Assembly: GCA_001938485.1 (NCBI GenBank)
Contig: MQRK01217690.1
Location: forward strand, 1-57,089
Direction of reading: 5' to 3'
Origin: Girardia tigrina
Lineage: Eukaryota
DNA: 57,089 nucleotides
Shown: positions 1-12,570 of the stretch, piece by piece
Layout of the letters: each line of letters opens with the position of its first letter
How positions within the stretch are numbered: position 1 is the stretch's first letter
The notes under the pieces: model-generated
Seen by the model: the letters and a program-made list of their open reading frames with translations, nothing else
Database searches by the model: none
What the model was told of the DNA's origin: nothing
Position numbers and translations under genes: made by a program

Positions 1-84
1 TGAAAGATATCAAACTGTTAAGCTACACATTTTGACAAAATTTCATTAATATATTTAATACCATTCAAGAGATATAGCCAATTT

Positions 85-285
85 TCACTTCGTCCGGTTA
101 TTTTTGAGCGCTACTGTATCTAAATCATCTTTTATGTAATTGTATACTTTCTTACTTCCTGCATGACATAAAATATTTTGTATATCTTCTATAAAACCTG
201 TTCTCTTCTTCATAGGGATCCAATATTTGTTATCTCTTGTCGTCATGATATTGTTTTTCAGTAGCCATTCTTTTGTCTTTCCCAT
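85..285 (-). pseudogene. Gypsy integrase N-terminal zinc-binding region fragment
   Basis: LCHAGSKKVY resembles LCHAGCQKVY in the element at 37957-38235. Confidence 0.7.
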
Positions 286-294
286 TTTAATATT

Positions 295-996
295 TTATTT
301 AATCTGTTCCATTTCTTCATCATTCGTCTGCCAAATGAACTCTTCTGAATCTTCAGTTAATGCTAGGATTCTAGTTTTAACTTTTCCTTTTTTAGCGTCA
401 TCGTGCATTGTCTGACATTGTACACATAGTTCACATGTATTTCTCGACATTGCGTCTGCATTAGTGTGTTTTTCGCCTTTACGGTATTTCATCCTCATAT
501 CTAGTCCACTAAAGAAGTTTATCCAAGTTTGGAATTGTGGAGTTATTGGGTTCTTTGTTGTCATCATGAATGTGATGGCCTTATGGTCCGTTCTAAGTAG
601 AAACATCTTTCCGTATAAGAAATGTTTGAAGTGTTGGGTAAAGTAATAGATTGTCAATAATTCTTTTCTTGTAATACAGTATTCCAGTTCGTGTTTGTTC
701 ATCTTGTGGGATCCATATGCAATTACTCTTTCCCTTCCGTATGCATCCTTCTGTGCCTGTACTGCCCCGATTGTATCAAAACAGGCATCTGTATCCAGTA
801 TGAACTCCTTTTCGAAATCTGGATATGCTATGATCGGTGTTTTTGTCATTTTATCTTTTAATAACTTAAATGCTTCGTCACATTCCTTTGTCCATGTCAA
901 TTTTTTATCTTTATTTTTTCCACATAGCCCGTCCAATATTTTTGAGTATTTTGCATAATCCTTCAAAAATTTTCTATAAAAGTTCGTTAGGCCCAA
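295..996 (-). pseudogene. Gypsy pol: RT connection and RNase H fragment
   Basis: GLTNFYRKF, FILDTDAC, YCITRKELL, LRTDHKA, NADAMSR motifs. Confidence 0.92.
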
Positions 997-1029
997 GAAA
1001 CTTCTTAAATGTTTAATGCATGAAGGATT

Positions 1030-1488
1030 TTAAAATTTGTCGATTGCTTCAATTTTAGTTTTATCCGTCTCTACACCATCTTTGCTCACGACAAATCCTA
1101 AAAATTTTGTCTTTTCTACCATGAATTGACACTTTTCAGGGTTTATCCGAAGGCCCGTTTCTTTAATCTTTTGAAATATATGTTCGACTCGTCTGAAATG
1201 TTCTTCTTTGTCTTTTTCGAAGATTAGAATATCGTCCAGGTATACAACTGCTTCTTTCCAGTTTAATTCTCTTAAGACTCTTGTCAATAGTTCTTGAAAT
1301 GTCGCTGGGGCAGCTGCAATTCCGATTGGCATTCTTTTAAAACAATATTGACCGTTCTTTGTCGAAAATGCAGTTTCTAATTTTGAATCGTTCTCCAATT
1401 CAACTTGATGATATGCACTCCCCAAGTCGATCGTGCTGAAGTATTTCGCTCCATTTAATGTATTTAGCATTTCTTCTACATTTGGCAT
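1030..1488 (-). pseudogene. Gypsy reverse transcriptase fragment
   Basis: FSTIDLGSAYHQV, MPIGIAAAPATFQ, YLDDILI, KCQF, FLGFVVS. Confidence 0.95.
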
Positions 1489-2436
1489 TGGAAATGCTGG
1501 TCTGATTGTAACTTTATTTAATTGTCAAAAATTAACACATACTCGGATATATCTGTTTGTCTTTTTTCTATACACATTCTAGCGGGAAATTCCACGAAAA
1601 ACTGCATTTTTCAATGATATCATTTTCCTCGTATTTCTGGATAATATCATCTAGTTTTTCCTCAAAGTGTTTTGGCCGTCGGTACGGTTTTACAAATATT
1701 GGTTTTCCTTGCGTTTCAATTTATGCTTAGTTAGTGTGGTCTTTCCTATATCCCATTTGTCCGCCATAAATATCGTTTTATATTCTATTATTAATTTCAT
1801 TAATGGTTCATCTATCTTATCTGCGTATATTTCCTTCATTCTTTTAAGTCTGTCTCCATCAATTAAAGTATCGCGTATTACCAGCAATCCTTCGTTGTAT
1901 CCTGTTTCTTTCTTTAGTTTTATGCTTAATTTATTTAGGAAATCTATTCCAAATCTCTTACCACAAAAAATCCACTGTTTTCTGTATTCTTTCAATCTTA
2001 ATCTTTAGTTGTACTATACCGTAATTTACTAGTTCCGAATCGTTAGCATAGTGTATACGTCTTTTGTCTCCTTTATTTTGGTATTTTTCATATTTTTGAG
2101 TACATTTAATTTAATTACATTGACTCGTGCTCCCGTAGCCAATAGACATCGTACTTTTTATTCTTTATTTGAAATTCTATACTATGTCTCCCTTTCAGTT
2201 CTTCGTATTCTATTTTTAACTTTGATATTTTCATTATATCTGTGCTTCTTTCTTCATCTTTTTCTATGATCAAACTGTCACATTTCTCATTGTGTATTTC
2301 GTTTTCACCATCTAATATACACAATTCTTGAGGAATATTTTCAACAGCATCCCATACACAACATACGTCATCATACAAACAATCATTCATACAGTCAAAC
2401 ATACACATACATTCGTTTCTTAGTGAAGTGCACTGA

Positions 2437-2730
2437 TCACTTTTCCCTGTGACCGTGCCTCCTCGTTTCCATGTTCTTCTCTGAAATCTCATCTAAAGGC
2501 TCATCTCTTTCTTCCTTAAATCCCAAAATATTTGAATATCTCTCAAAGCTTATTAGGAATTCTTCTAATTTTACTTCTGACCCATCGAATGTCTCGGGTC
2601 CCTTGATAACTGGTGTCACGTGGTCGTGTGTCGCCATATTAAGAACATTTAAACAAGTCTCATTTGAATGTTTATGACAATCACAGTTAGAGTCATTATG
2701 ACTATCAGAAAGTCTTTCATCGTTTGTCAT
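2437..2730 (-). pseudogene. Gag N-terminus including a 31-aa extension encoded inside the LTR; internal gag deletion follows
   Basis: ORF starts in the LTR and reads through ATG-GCG at the LTR/PBS junction into PETFDGSEVKLEEFL; near-identical to the gag at 8340-8672. Confidence 0.75.
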
Positions 2731-3120
2731 CCTTCTAATTGGCTTTCTTAATTCTGTTTTTAATCATGATTATTCGAACAATTTTTCTAAATTATTTTTA
2801 AAAATATTTAACCTCTAAAAATATTAATTAAAAAATAATAAGTTTTACCATTTCTCAACAAATCTTAAAATAATAAAAATGTCATCAAATTATTAAAAAT
2901 GCATTTAATTTAAATTTTACTAAAAATTATTAAACTTAATATTAATTGTGAAATTACAAATATGAACTTATGAAATGATTATTTTAATTATGTTCGAATA
3001 GTCAATCACTTTAAATTTAAATAAAAAAATACCAATTTCATCTGGGTGGGAGAATCACCATACCGCAACATACCGCATCCATACATTTACAAATTCAAAC
3101 AATGTAAAATATTCCTCACA
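2637..3120 (-). repeat. 5' LTR of Gypsy family A
   Basis: TGTGAGGAATATT start, TCTCCCACCCAGATG motif, followed by TGGCGAC; alignable to 7846-8338. Confidence 0.88.
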
Positions 3121-4471
3121 TTTTGAAAAAAATCTTACGCCCATGTAGAACTTGGTCCATTTAGGTCCTTTGATTTATCTGAGAAATGATGTGAGATAGT
3201 AGAATTGAATGGTTTCTTATGCTAACTTAAGTTATAAAATATAGATAGATGCTGTAACAATCTTCGTTTGGTTGGCAGTAAATACTTCATTAGAAATCCA
3301 GTAAACTTAGATGATGTAAGTACAATTTACCAGACTAATAAAAATATCTTCAAATACAGTCTAAAATCATATTGTCTGGGCCTCTGAAAACATAAAACAA
3401 ATTCGGCATTCTTACTACTAGTCATGAATATTCCACGTTACATGATAATTAGGATGCAATAAGACAAAACGACCGCGATTCCAATCATGCGTAGCATACT
3501 CATATGATATACACATGGGACTGCTTATCATGGAAGTGACTGTACGTCAATATATTTATAAGTATTTTGAGCCGGACACTAGAGATCATTCAGTCACATT
3601 TAAAAATAAAGAAAATAATGTCTAGACTCAACATATTTAGTCTTATTATAGGAAAAAGAAGACAATATTTAAGATTTTTTTACAAAAATTAATAGAAATT
3701 ATTCAAATTATATAAAATCTAAACGTTTTAAATAATATTTTATAGAATTTTATGTTTCTAAAAGGATCACCGGAAAAACACTGGCTTTCATATGTTTGAA
3801 CAAATATTATGAATAAATAGTGTTTTTAGAAATAAATATTATTTTATGCAAATAATAGATTTGATAATTCTCTCGGGTCAGATAATCATTGGCCCAGAAA
3901 TCATTAGATTAATTAATTTGTGGAGTTAATTAATATTATTTTTAACAATTAATTTTTAATATTTAAACCTAAAATATTGAAAATATTTATATCTAATAGA
4001 AGGTCCATAAAATTCAGATTAAATTCAAATTAAATTTAAGAAAATATAAAATTATATATTATAAAAACGATAATTTTTAACAATTCTTATTGGTATCAAA
4101 CACAATAAGGACAAAAGAAACTTTTTTCCGCAAAAATAAACAAATTATCTGAGAAATTATCAAAAAATAAATAATTGGTTACTGGCAAATAAGGTAAAAC
4201 AACAAAAAATGATAAATAAAATAAATTATCAAATTATAATATAATGTTATAAAATGATATTAACGTTGGATGTATCAAATATAATAACACTAAGCGGCAT
4301 TTATTGAAGATCTATTCATGCTTCCAAAGATAATATTTTGATTCTAGAAGTTATTTTATACTTTTAACAAATGAAATTACTCTTCGTCTGAAAATAATTA
4401 CAAAAAAGTATTTAATTAAAAAGCGATTACATAAATCGTGTTGTGCATTTTACTGATTTAGTTATTGTGTC

Positions 4472-4909
4472 TGTGAGGAATATTTGGAATGTTTGATGTT
4501 TTGTGTTTGAATGTTGTATGTTGATTTGGAAATGTGTCTCTCCTATCCAGATGGATGATTAATATTTAAGTTCATATTATCTAAAAATATGTAATGTTTA
4601 CATTTATTTTTAATTCCAAATAATTTTGAAATTTTAAATAAGTTAATTAATCTTTACAATTTTTAATAAATAAATCAAATTAATATTTTTAATTAATTAT
4701 TATAATTAATAATCATTTTAATTATTATTCAATAAGTTTTAAGTAAATACTTTAATAAAAGATTTATTTCTCCATTTGCTAAAAAAATAAGAAGAATTAA
4801 TTCATTAATCGATTTAGTTTAGAATGCAATCGCTTTGACAAAGATTGTCTTATGGGCAATTCTATGGAAAATTCTAAATTATTGTAAAATCATGTGAATG
4901 TGCTTTATA
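4472..4909 (+). repeat. solo LTR, TGTGAGG group
   Basis: Same start and CTCTCCTATCCAGATGG motif; terminal region homologous to copies at 6435 and 46509. Confidence 0.8.
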
Positions 4910-5344
4910 AATATTTTTCAGAATATAATACTTTAATATTATAGTGCATATTTTCCGTTTTAATAATTAAATACATAGGATTAAACTTAAAAAAACTCTC
5001 GAGTATTATTAAATAACTGAAAATTACTAAAACGTCCCTAAAACTTGGTGAAATATTGAGAAACAATTAAAATTATTACTTTAAATTATTTATTAAAACT
5101 CTATAAAAATTCTTTCTACAAATCTATTAACTCTACAAATGAATTTAGTCAAAAGAACATACAACCTCTGTTCATCAATTATTATATGTATTCTAAGGAA
5201 TAATTTAATTTAACTGTATTTACAAAACTATGAAAAATGTTTTATTTATATAATATTTATATTGTACTCTTAGTATCAAAGTTCAAAGCTTTCTTTACTT
5301 ATGTCTTTATAAAATTAGTCATCATAAAAATAAAAATAATATTT

Positions 5345-5345
<1 letters not shown>

Positions 5346-5388
<43 letters not shown>
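5346..5388. repeat. (AAT)n microsatellite
   Basis: Perfect trinucleotide run. Confidence 0.97.
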
Positions 5389-6559
5389 CAAGTCCCATCT
5401 GTCTTTATTTTGTAGTAGCAGTTTATTTTCTCCTCTTCTTGATAATAACTATAATTATATCATAATATTGTTATTTAATGTTGCAAAACCTGATAAAATT
5501 GCAAGTGAAAAATATTTTAATAATTTACAAATAACAAAAACATAAAATACATTTTCTAATAATAAAAAAAACTAAATTGAAAAATCTTATTAATTATCAT
5601 CATAAATAATGACAAAAAAGTTTAAATGAATAATTTTTGTCACTTAAATGTTGACATAGTCCATAAAACATTTCCTTTAAAAATGACGATTAAAACAAAG
5701 TTTAGTTCTAATTCAATCAGCTAATAGATCATTTACCAATCCTATTTATTTGCTCATCAACCAAGAGACATATCCCATGGCGATGATCATTTTGTTTGCT
5801 TTTTCAATCTATATCATCTTGAATACCAATTAGATTTTCAGATGGGACAGATCTTTGAGTCGGTCTATGTTGGCGACTGAAGATCATGATTGGATAATTG
5901 CCTCTACTCGATTTCGGTAACCGGAATAGAATATTGGCAGTATTTTCCTTTCATGAAAAACTGATTTGGAAAACATCGATATATGTTTTTCTCTTTTTCT
6001 ATGTCTCCAGTGAGAGGAGAATAGAGCAGAAATTTGTCTCAAGTAATTATATTTTAAATTCGTTAGTTTAGTCTTGATTTCATATATAAGGGGGAAATAA
6101 TATATGGTCTTCTTTTACCGTAACATATATCTAAGACAAACAGAAGATTATTTTAGGAAAAAATATAAAATATGTCATTTGATTGATCAAAGGAATTATT
6201 AAGAACACTTATATGATTTCCAATACTTTTATTGACATCACAATTTGAAATGTTTCCAAAACATTCGTAGATAGAGGTTGTTCTCGATTGAAGAATTTAA
6301 ATTATATTTCTAAATCTCTAATTATTCAAACAGATTTAAATTACAATTCCTTACTAAAATATTTTAAAATTATATTCAAAAATATTTTAATTCATTTTAA
6401 GCGCATTATTTACGATTACATATATCTTTACGTTTGTGAGGAATATTTTGAATGTTTGATGTTTTGCGTTTGATTGTTGTATGTTGATTTGGAATTATGT
6501 CTCTCCTACCCAGATGGATGAATAATATTTTAATTTTTAATATTTTAAGTTTTAATTGG

Positions 6560-7210
6560 TGTTTTTAAAATTGAAAAATGATGGCAACTTATGTTTAAAA
6601 ACAAAAACTCTCCATTTATTAAATAAACATTTATTTTTTACGACAAATAATTTCGACGGTACAACTGTCATCGTCAGGTCTGAAGAAAAACATGAGTTTT
6701 AAATGTAAACAAACAATGACTATGTCATCAATTGGTTGTTATGTCATCTAAGCACACTCAATAGGGTTTCTGAGGGACCTATTTGCACATTAATCTTAGG
6801 ATCTAAAGATCTGATATAAAGTGCTTCACAGGTCACCCTCTCCCAATAATTTTTAAAACGAGTAAACAGAATTTTAAAATCATTTATGTCTATATTTTCG
6901 TTCGAATTACAAATTTTTCGGTATTCTGCTACTTTACTTACACTTACATTCCGATCATGATCTTAGATTCTCCTACAGAGATGACGATACGTCTCTCCAA
7001 TATATGTGGCATTACACCCATTAGTTGTAAATTTATATACGAGATCCGAACATAATCCAAATGGGATTGGTGATTTATTACTAAATACATTTTGAATTTA
7101 ATACGTTAGTGATATTATTTTAAAATTAAACACATTATTTACACTTTTTAAAATTGAACGTTTAAATTGACAAATCATTCGGAATAAGGAATGCTTCAAA
7201 CGTATTTTAA
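6560..7210 (-). mobile_element. Penelope-like element (PLE) 3' fragment with decayed GIY-YIG endonuclease; boundaries approximate
   Basis: Minus strand encodes GCNATYIGETYRHL and NYWERVTCEAL, homologous to 23582-23917; hammerhead follows the ORF. Confidence 0.85.
6642..6680 (-). ncRNA. minimal type I hammerhead ribozyme motif
   Basis: gac-CTGACGA-t-gacag(ttgta)ccgtc-GAAA-ttat-TT-gtc; intact core, one stem II mismatch; position typical of a PLE pseudo-LTR. Confidence 0.75.
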
Positions 7211-7599
7211 AGTTAATGGTTTTTCTTTATCATTTTTAATCGGTTTATTAATTAATTTAACAATTGTTTCATTGGTCAAATTTAAAAAAATGATTAGTAA
7301 TAACCATTTTTAATATTTTTATATCATTAATAATCATTTTAATTTTTACCCAATATAATTTTGAATAAATATTTGAACAATTTTTATAATTCTCCATTTG
7401 CTCAGATAATAAGATTAGTATCATTAATTAGTTAGACGGATGCAATCATACATAAGCTTTGACAAAGATTGTCCTGAAGATAATCAAACTTGTTGTAATA
7501 ATAAAAATATTAAAAATCATATTGGTGTTCTTAAAACTGTTATAATCTCCTATTAAAAATTTTTAAATCACTTTCAAATATATTTAAAATATTTTAATT

Positions 7600-7800
7600 A
7601 AAATATATTTATATATTTATTAATTAAAATAAATTAATTTAACTTTAAAGTTGTTATTTACATTTTAAATTGTATAAATAATCCGACAGTTTTAAACATT
7701 TAAAATATCAATCTTCCATCTTCGTGGGAGAAACATAATCCTAAAAACAACATAAAATAAAGACAAACAAAATAAACAAATAAAATAAACAGGTATAAAC
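7600..7800 (-). repeat. LTR fragment of the TGTGAGG group; boundaries approximate
   Basis: Minus strand TCTCCCACGAAGATGG preceded by a TG-rich tract. Confidence 0.5.
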
Positions 7801-7845
7801 TATAATACTTTAATGGAACTTTTGAAAACATTGGCTAAATATGTA

Positions 7846-9180
7846 TGTGAGGAATATTTTAAATTGTTTGAATGTGTAAACGTATGGATGCTGTATGTTG
7901 ATTTAAGTATGTTGAATTTAGAATGGTGATTCTCCCACCCAGATGGAAATTGGTATTTTTTATTTAAATTTAAGGTGATTGACTATTCGAACATAATTAA
8001 AATAATTATTTTATAAGTTCATATCTTTAATTTCAGAATTAAAATTAAGTTTAATATTTTTTGGTAAAATTTAAATTAAATGTATTTTTAATAATTTGAT
8101 GACATTTTTATTATTTTGGGATTTATTGAGAAATGGTAAAATTTATTATTTTTAAATAATATTAATTAATATATTTAAAAAAGACTTAGAACAATTGTTC
8201 GAATAATCATGATTAAAAGAAAAATAAGAAAACCAATTAGAATGATGACAAACGATGAAAGACTTTCTGATAGTCATAATGACTCTAAATGTGATTGTAA
8301 GAAAAAGTCTAATGAGACTTGTCTAAATGTTCTTAATAGGTGACACACGACCACGTGACACCAGTTATCAAGGGACCAGAGACATTCGATGGGTCAGAAG
8401 TAAAATTAGAAGAATTCCTAATAAGCTTTGAGAGATGTTCAAAGATTTTGGGATTTAAGGAAGAAAGAAAAGCAATATTAGTTAGAGCATTCATGACCCC
8501 AGAAGCGATAAACAAATATGAGAAGACACAAGGAGGCAGCTGGGAAATAAGAATGAAAAGTGCATTCTCGAAAGAGAAAAATATTTTAGAGATAATGAAA
8601 GAGCTTGTAGAGATTAGAATCGGGGATAAAAATCCAACAGAAGTATTTAAAAAGATTGATGAACTAGATTGATGAAAAGATTGGAAAAACTAGTTGAGAA
8701 AAAACTAGGAAAAAAGGAACTTTCAGATCTAGCGTACGCCAATGCCATCGAAGATAGAGAAGTAAGAAGAAAAATGACTCTGAGAAATGCCACAAAAGCA
8801 GAAGATATAAAAAATATCCAGGAAAAAATTTACGAATTTGAGCTGAAAGACAGGAATATAAGAGTGGACGCGTACACGACAAAGGAAAATAAAGAATGAA
8901 AGAAAGTAGAATATAGAACAAGAAGACCGAGACCAGGATACGAAGAGAGAAAGATCGAAGAACCAAGAAGAAATTTTAATGCGAGAAGGATCATATGTCG
9001 GGCCTGCCATGAAGAAGGACATGTGAGACGGGAATGCCCAAATGTTAAATGTAATCATTGTAATAAGAAAGGGCATGTAAGAACACAATGTTATGAGAAT
9101 CCAAACAGATTTAGAGATCGCGAACAATCTGGAAGAGAAGATAAAAGGAATAGAAGAAAGGAACGAAAAGAATACACAAA
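7846..9180 (+). mobile_element. Gypsy family A second copy: LTR (7846-8338) plus frameshifted gag, 3' truncated
   Basis: LTR alignable to 3120-2637; gag with tandem CCHC knuckles (CRACHEEGHVRREC, CNHCNKKGHVRTQC). Confidence 0.9.
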
Positions 9181-9224
9181 CACACAGTACAGAATATCCC
9201 ACTCAGAATATTATTGTCTTTAAA

Positions 9225-9390
9225 GTAGATCGCAAGCCGAAGACTACCCTGTGCAGGTCAGCAACACCAAGAAGGTAAGCTTCGGACACTTTAACCTAGA
9301 GGGTGTAAGACCCTCTAGTTTCCACGGAACACTACGTAGAGTTATGTCCGACTGGCTTAACACAGGTTACAAAAGTAACAGGTCTGCACA
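9225..9390 (+). ncRNA. unclassified structured RNA candidate
   Basis: GC-rich island with nested complementary helices (see findings); no family recognised. Confidence 0.4.
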
Positions 9391-11949
9391 TAATACATAT
9401 TAATTTATAAAGGTTTGTGAATAGAAAATAATGTTTTATTCAGAAATTTGTTAAAAAAACAGACATTTGTATTAAAATAAAATTTGGAAATATGTTTAAT
9501 CTTAAGTTCAATTCATATACGAGTTCGTCAAATATGTCCGAACCTAACAAATGAATTTAAATATTAAACGTAAAATTAAATTAAATTAGTGTCAGATAAT
9601 GAAGGATCAGGGTAGGAGCGATACCATCTCAATTTAACACAGAAAAACATAATATATTAAAAACTTTTCTCACAATGATGAATGATTTCTTTCTCACTAG
9701 ATGCTAGAATGAAAACCTCACGGAAAAATCGATATACGAATTATTTTATTAAGTCTATGTAATCGGTTCAGATAATATTTCTGAAATTTATTTTTATTTA
9801 TTTATAAGTTTAATAATTTAAGTCAAATTAAACTAAACTTTGTCCTTTAGAAATGTCTGTAAAATCACAAAATTTTGTTTACATATTATAATATTTTTCC
9901 ATCAATTTTTTATTTCATGATTTTTGCCATTTATTATTATTATTTTATTTATATAAATATTTTTCTATTTTTTTCTATTTCTTTAGGGAAAAAGAAGACA
10001 AAAACACAAATTTTACAAAAATTTTGACAAATTATTTTTTTAAGTATAAAGTTCGTCTAATCAGTCAAAAAATGTTTACAGAAATCATAAATCTGGTTAA
10101 TTTTGTATAAATTAATGAGTTATGACAGATATTCGATGTATTTGTAAAATTAAACAAAACAAATCTTTCATTTTTTGTTGATTTTTATTCAAAAAATTAA
10201 TGAAAAAATGTATATATTATATAAAAAGCATTTTGTGCTTAAATATTTTTAAAAAAAAGACAAAAAAAATGAAAAATAAATGGAAATTTTACAATTGAAA
10301 ATGAAGCAAAACAGGAAAAGAATTAGAGCAACGTTTCTAAAATCTTTTTTTGTTTGACTGAAATCTTTCAAAATTATTATTTTTTTCCTTCTTGCATTAG
10401 ACTCTCCTCTTCCTAAACCTGTTATATGCTTCAAATATCAATTATTTCTAAATTAATTATCTTTTTCAGACTAATTTGCCATTATTTTATTGAATAAATT
10501 AATCTTCATATCCTGCATTTATAAGCGTATTAAAAATTTAAATTTAGAGATTATTGTGATCAGAATATTTTTTTATTCTATTTTTAAAATAACGAATTGA
10601 TTTGTAAGTTTTTTTTGTTCTTAAAAAAAATTGTCTTGAAAAAAATATATTTTGACAAACTTGTTTATTGATTTTGTTTTAATTTTCTGATAGGAGGAAT
10701 ATTTTCAATATGGTCAATTAATTAAGTTTTTTAATTAAGATTTTTTTCGACATTCATAAGAGGACAGTTTTATAAGTTTTTGGTAAATATTTTGAAGAGA
10801 AAAATTTTTTTTAGATTATTATAATTGAAATTCGTAAATAACTTTTTTTTTATAAATTGTTTCAGTTGATTTTAAAACAACATATTTGATTTATAAATTT
10901 GTGTTCGACAATTAAAATAATAATAAAAAAGGAAATAGGAACGACTTGTTCCGGAACGGGAATATTAAAAATTTAAATTAAATTAAATAAAAGAACTAGA
11001 AAAATATTTTTATTAATAAAAATCGATTTTGAAAATTTGTAAAAGAAATTGATTAAAAAATTTTGTTTTTATTAAATAAAATTATATTAATAAATCATTG
11101 CAAAAACTTTTGTTCATATCGACTTGGAATGGAATTTGGTTATGATGTGTTTTGATAAAAATAATTATTTTTGACTTTCGTTTTTATTTTATAAAAAATT
11201 TAATTTGATATTAAATTCACGTTATGATCAACGGAAGGAATAGAACTTATCAGTCATCGTCAATCTTATTTCGTGATTTTTTCAATATTTATTTTACTCT
11301 TTCGGATTTCGATGAGACTTTGAATTCGATTTTGTATCTGAAAATCAATTTGACTTTGGATGGATTTGGAGAGGAGTTTCAATAGTGTCGAGTTTACGAA
11401 TGATAAGTGGCGAAGTTGATTTTTTGTTGGTTCGTGAATGAAACCAGGCAAATGTTTCCGCTCTGTCTTCGCATTTTAATTTAATCTCTGAATCCATTCC
11501 GTACTATCTCCGAGAAAAACAGAACTCTATGGGCCCGGGTGATCTTAGACAGCGTTTCAAAGGCAACCAACAACTTTACAATAACCTTTGCCTTAGTTCT
11601 TATAATTGTTTTTTTATTATTTTTTTGTCGAATAAAAATTATTTTATTCACATCTCTTATAATTTGGTGGATTAAGTATATCTTCAAGTGTCACGTAAAC
11701 TGGTCAAAATGGGTAATAATTTAACAATAATATAAGAAAAATAATCTGTAAAATAAGAAGGGATTCAGACAATTATTTATTGTCGAATTTATTACTGATA
11801 ATTAGTCATATGGTGAAGTACTACTAATGTTGAACTTTAACCATAATCAACAAACGATTGTAAGTAGAAAAAAGGAGCAATCGTGCATTAACAAATAGAT
11901 CTTGACTGTCTACGACTGCTTTTTGTGAAGTACGTATGTCAATCACAAA

Positions 11950-12570
11950 AGAAATATTCGATGAATTTAAAATAACATTGAAAATAGAATTTGTACCTCG
12001 CAATTCAAACTAGGATGACAAATTAAGTATCATACCGAATTTCCTAAAAAAAGTGTATGTTGCACTAAAACGACATTTTGAATAGAAAAATTTCGTGAAC
12101 TCTTTTGAAAATGTCACATGGGCGTGAAAAGAATAAAATTTCTTTATAAAGAGGAAATTATCTAAGGAAATTTTTACGAATTTAATTTCAAAATGTTAAC
12201 AATGTCAGTCAATTGATCAAGCAATGGTGAAATGAGAAAAGGGAAATTTATAAGTAAATGATAATTGGTATAGATGTAACATGGATATAACAAAATATAA
12301 TGGAAAGAAGTACTGATTTTTAATTGACTGTGGACCATCATGATTCGAAATTTGAAGGGAATTTCGAGATGAAAGTGGGATTCAATTATTCAGTCAGTAA
12401 ATGTAGTATTTTTTGAACGAGGAGCTTCTTCCAAATTGAAAGCCAGTAATTATTTTACATTTTACGCAAAAGATTTTATTGAGCTGGCAGGTGTTTAGAA
12501 AGTTAGATTGATATATCGTGCGAGAAGCCGGCCAAGTTTTAACGGTATTGTAGATGGAAACTTTTGAGGT
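11950..12570 (+). pseudogene. heavily decayed retroelement integrase fragment; boundaries approximate
   Basis: MDITKYNGKKY..LIDCGPS motif and ERG/NG patterns read across stops and frameshifts. Confidence 0.55.

Larger units (their letters stand above)
1..3120 (-). mobile_element. Ty3/Gypsy LTR retrotransposon (family A), 5' part, decayed; runs off window start
   Basis: 5' LTR 3120-2637 (TGTGAGG start), PBS-like TGGCGAC, gag fragment, protease remnant (VRCLLATGARVNVI), RT, RNase H, start of integrase; domain order PR-RT-RH-IN. Confidence 0.92.
6435..7536 (+). repeat. solo LTR, TGTGAGG group, interrupted by a Penelope-like fragment
   Basis: Start TGTGAGGAATATT at 6435; terminal part (GTTAGACGGATGCAA...GGTGTTCTT) matches the 46509 copy. 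Confidence 0.8.

Noticed and set aside
5237-5545. 102-aa poly-Ile ORF
   Set aside because: Produced by the (AAT)n microsatellite.
7428-7445. GTTAGACGG resembling the flatworm spliced leader 5' part
   Set aside because: Only about 9 nt match, with no splice donor or Sm site; not present in the other LTR subfamilies.
9318-9345. GTT-TCCACGG-AAC as HDV-like P3/L3, and AGACTAC as group I intron P7
   Set aside because: No P1/P1.1 partner and no complementary P7 strand found.
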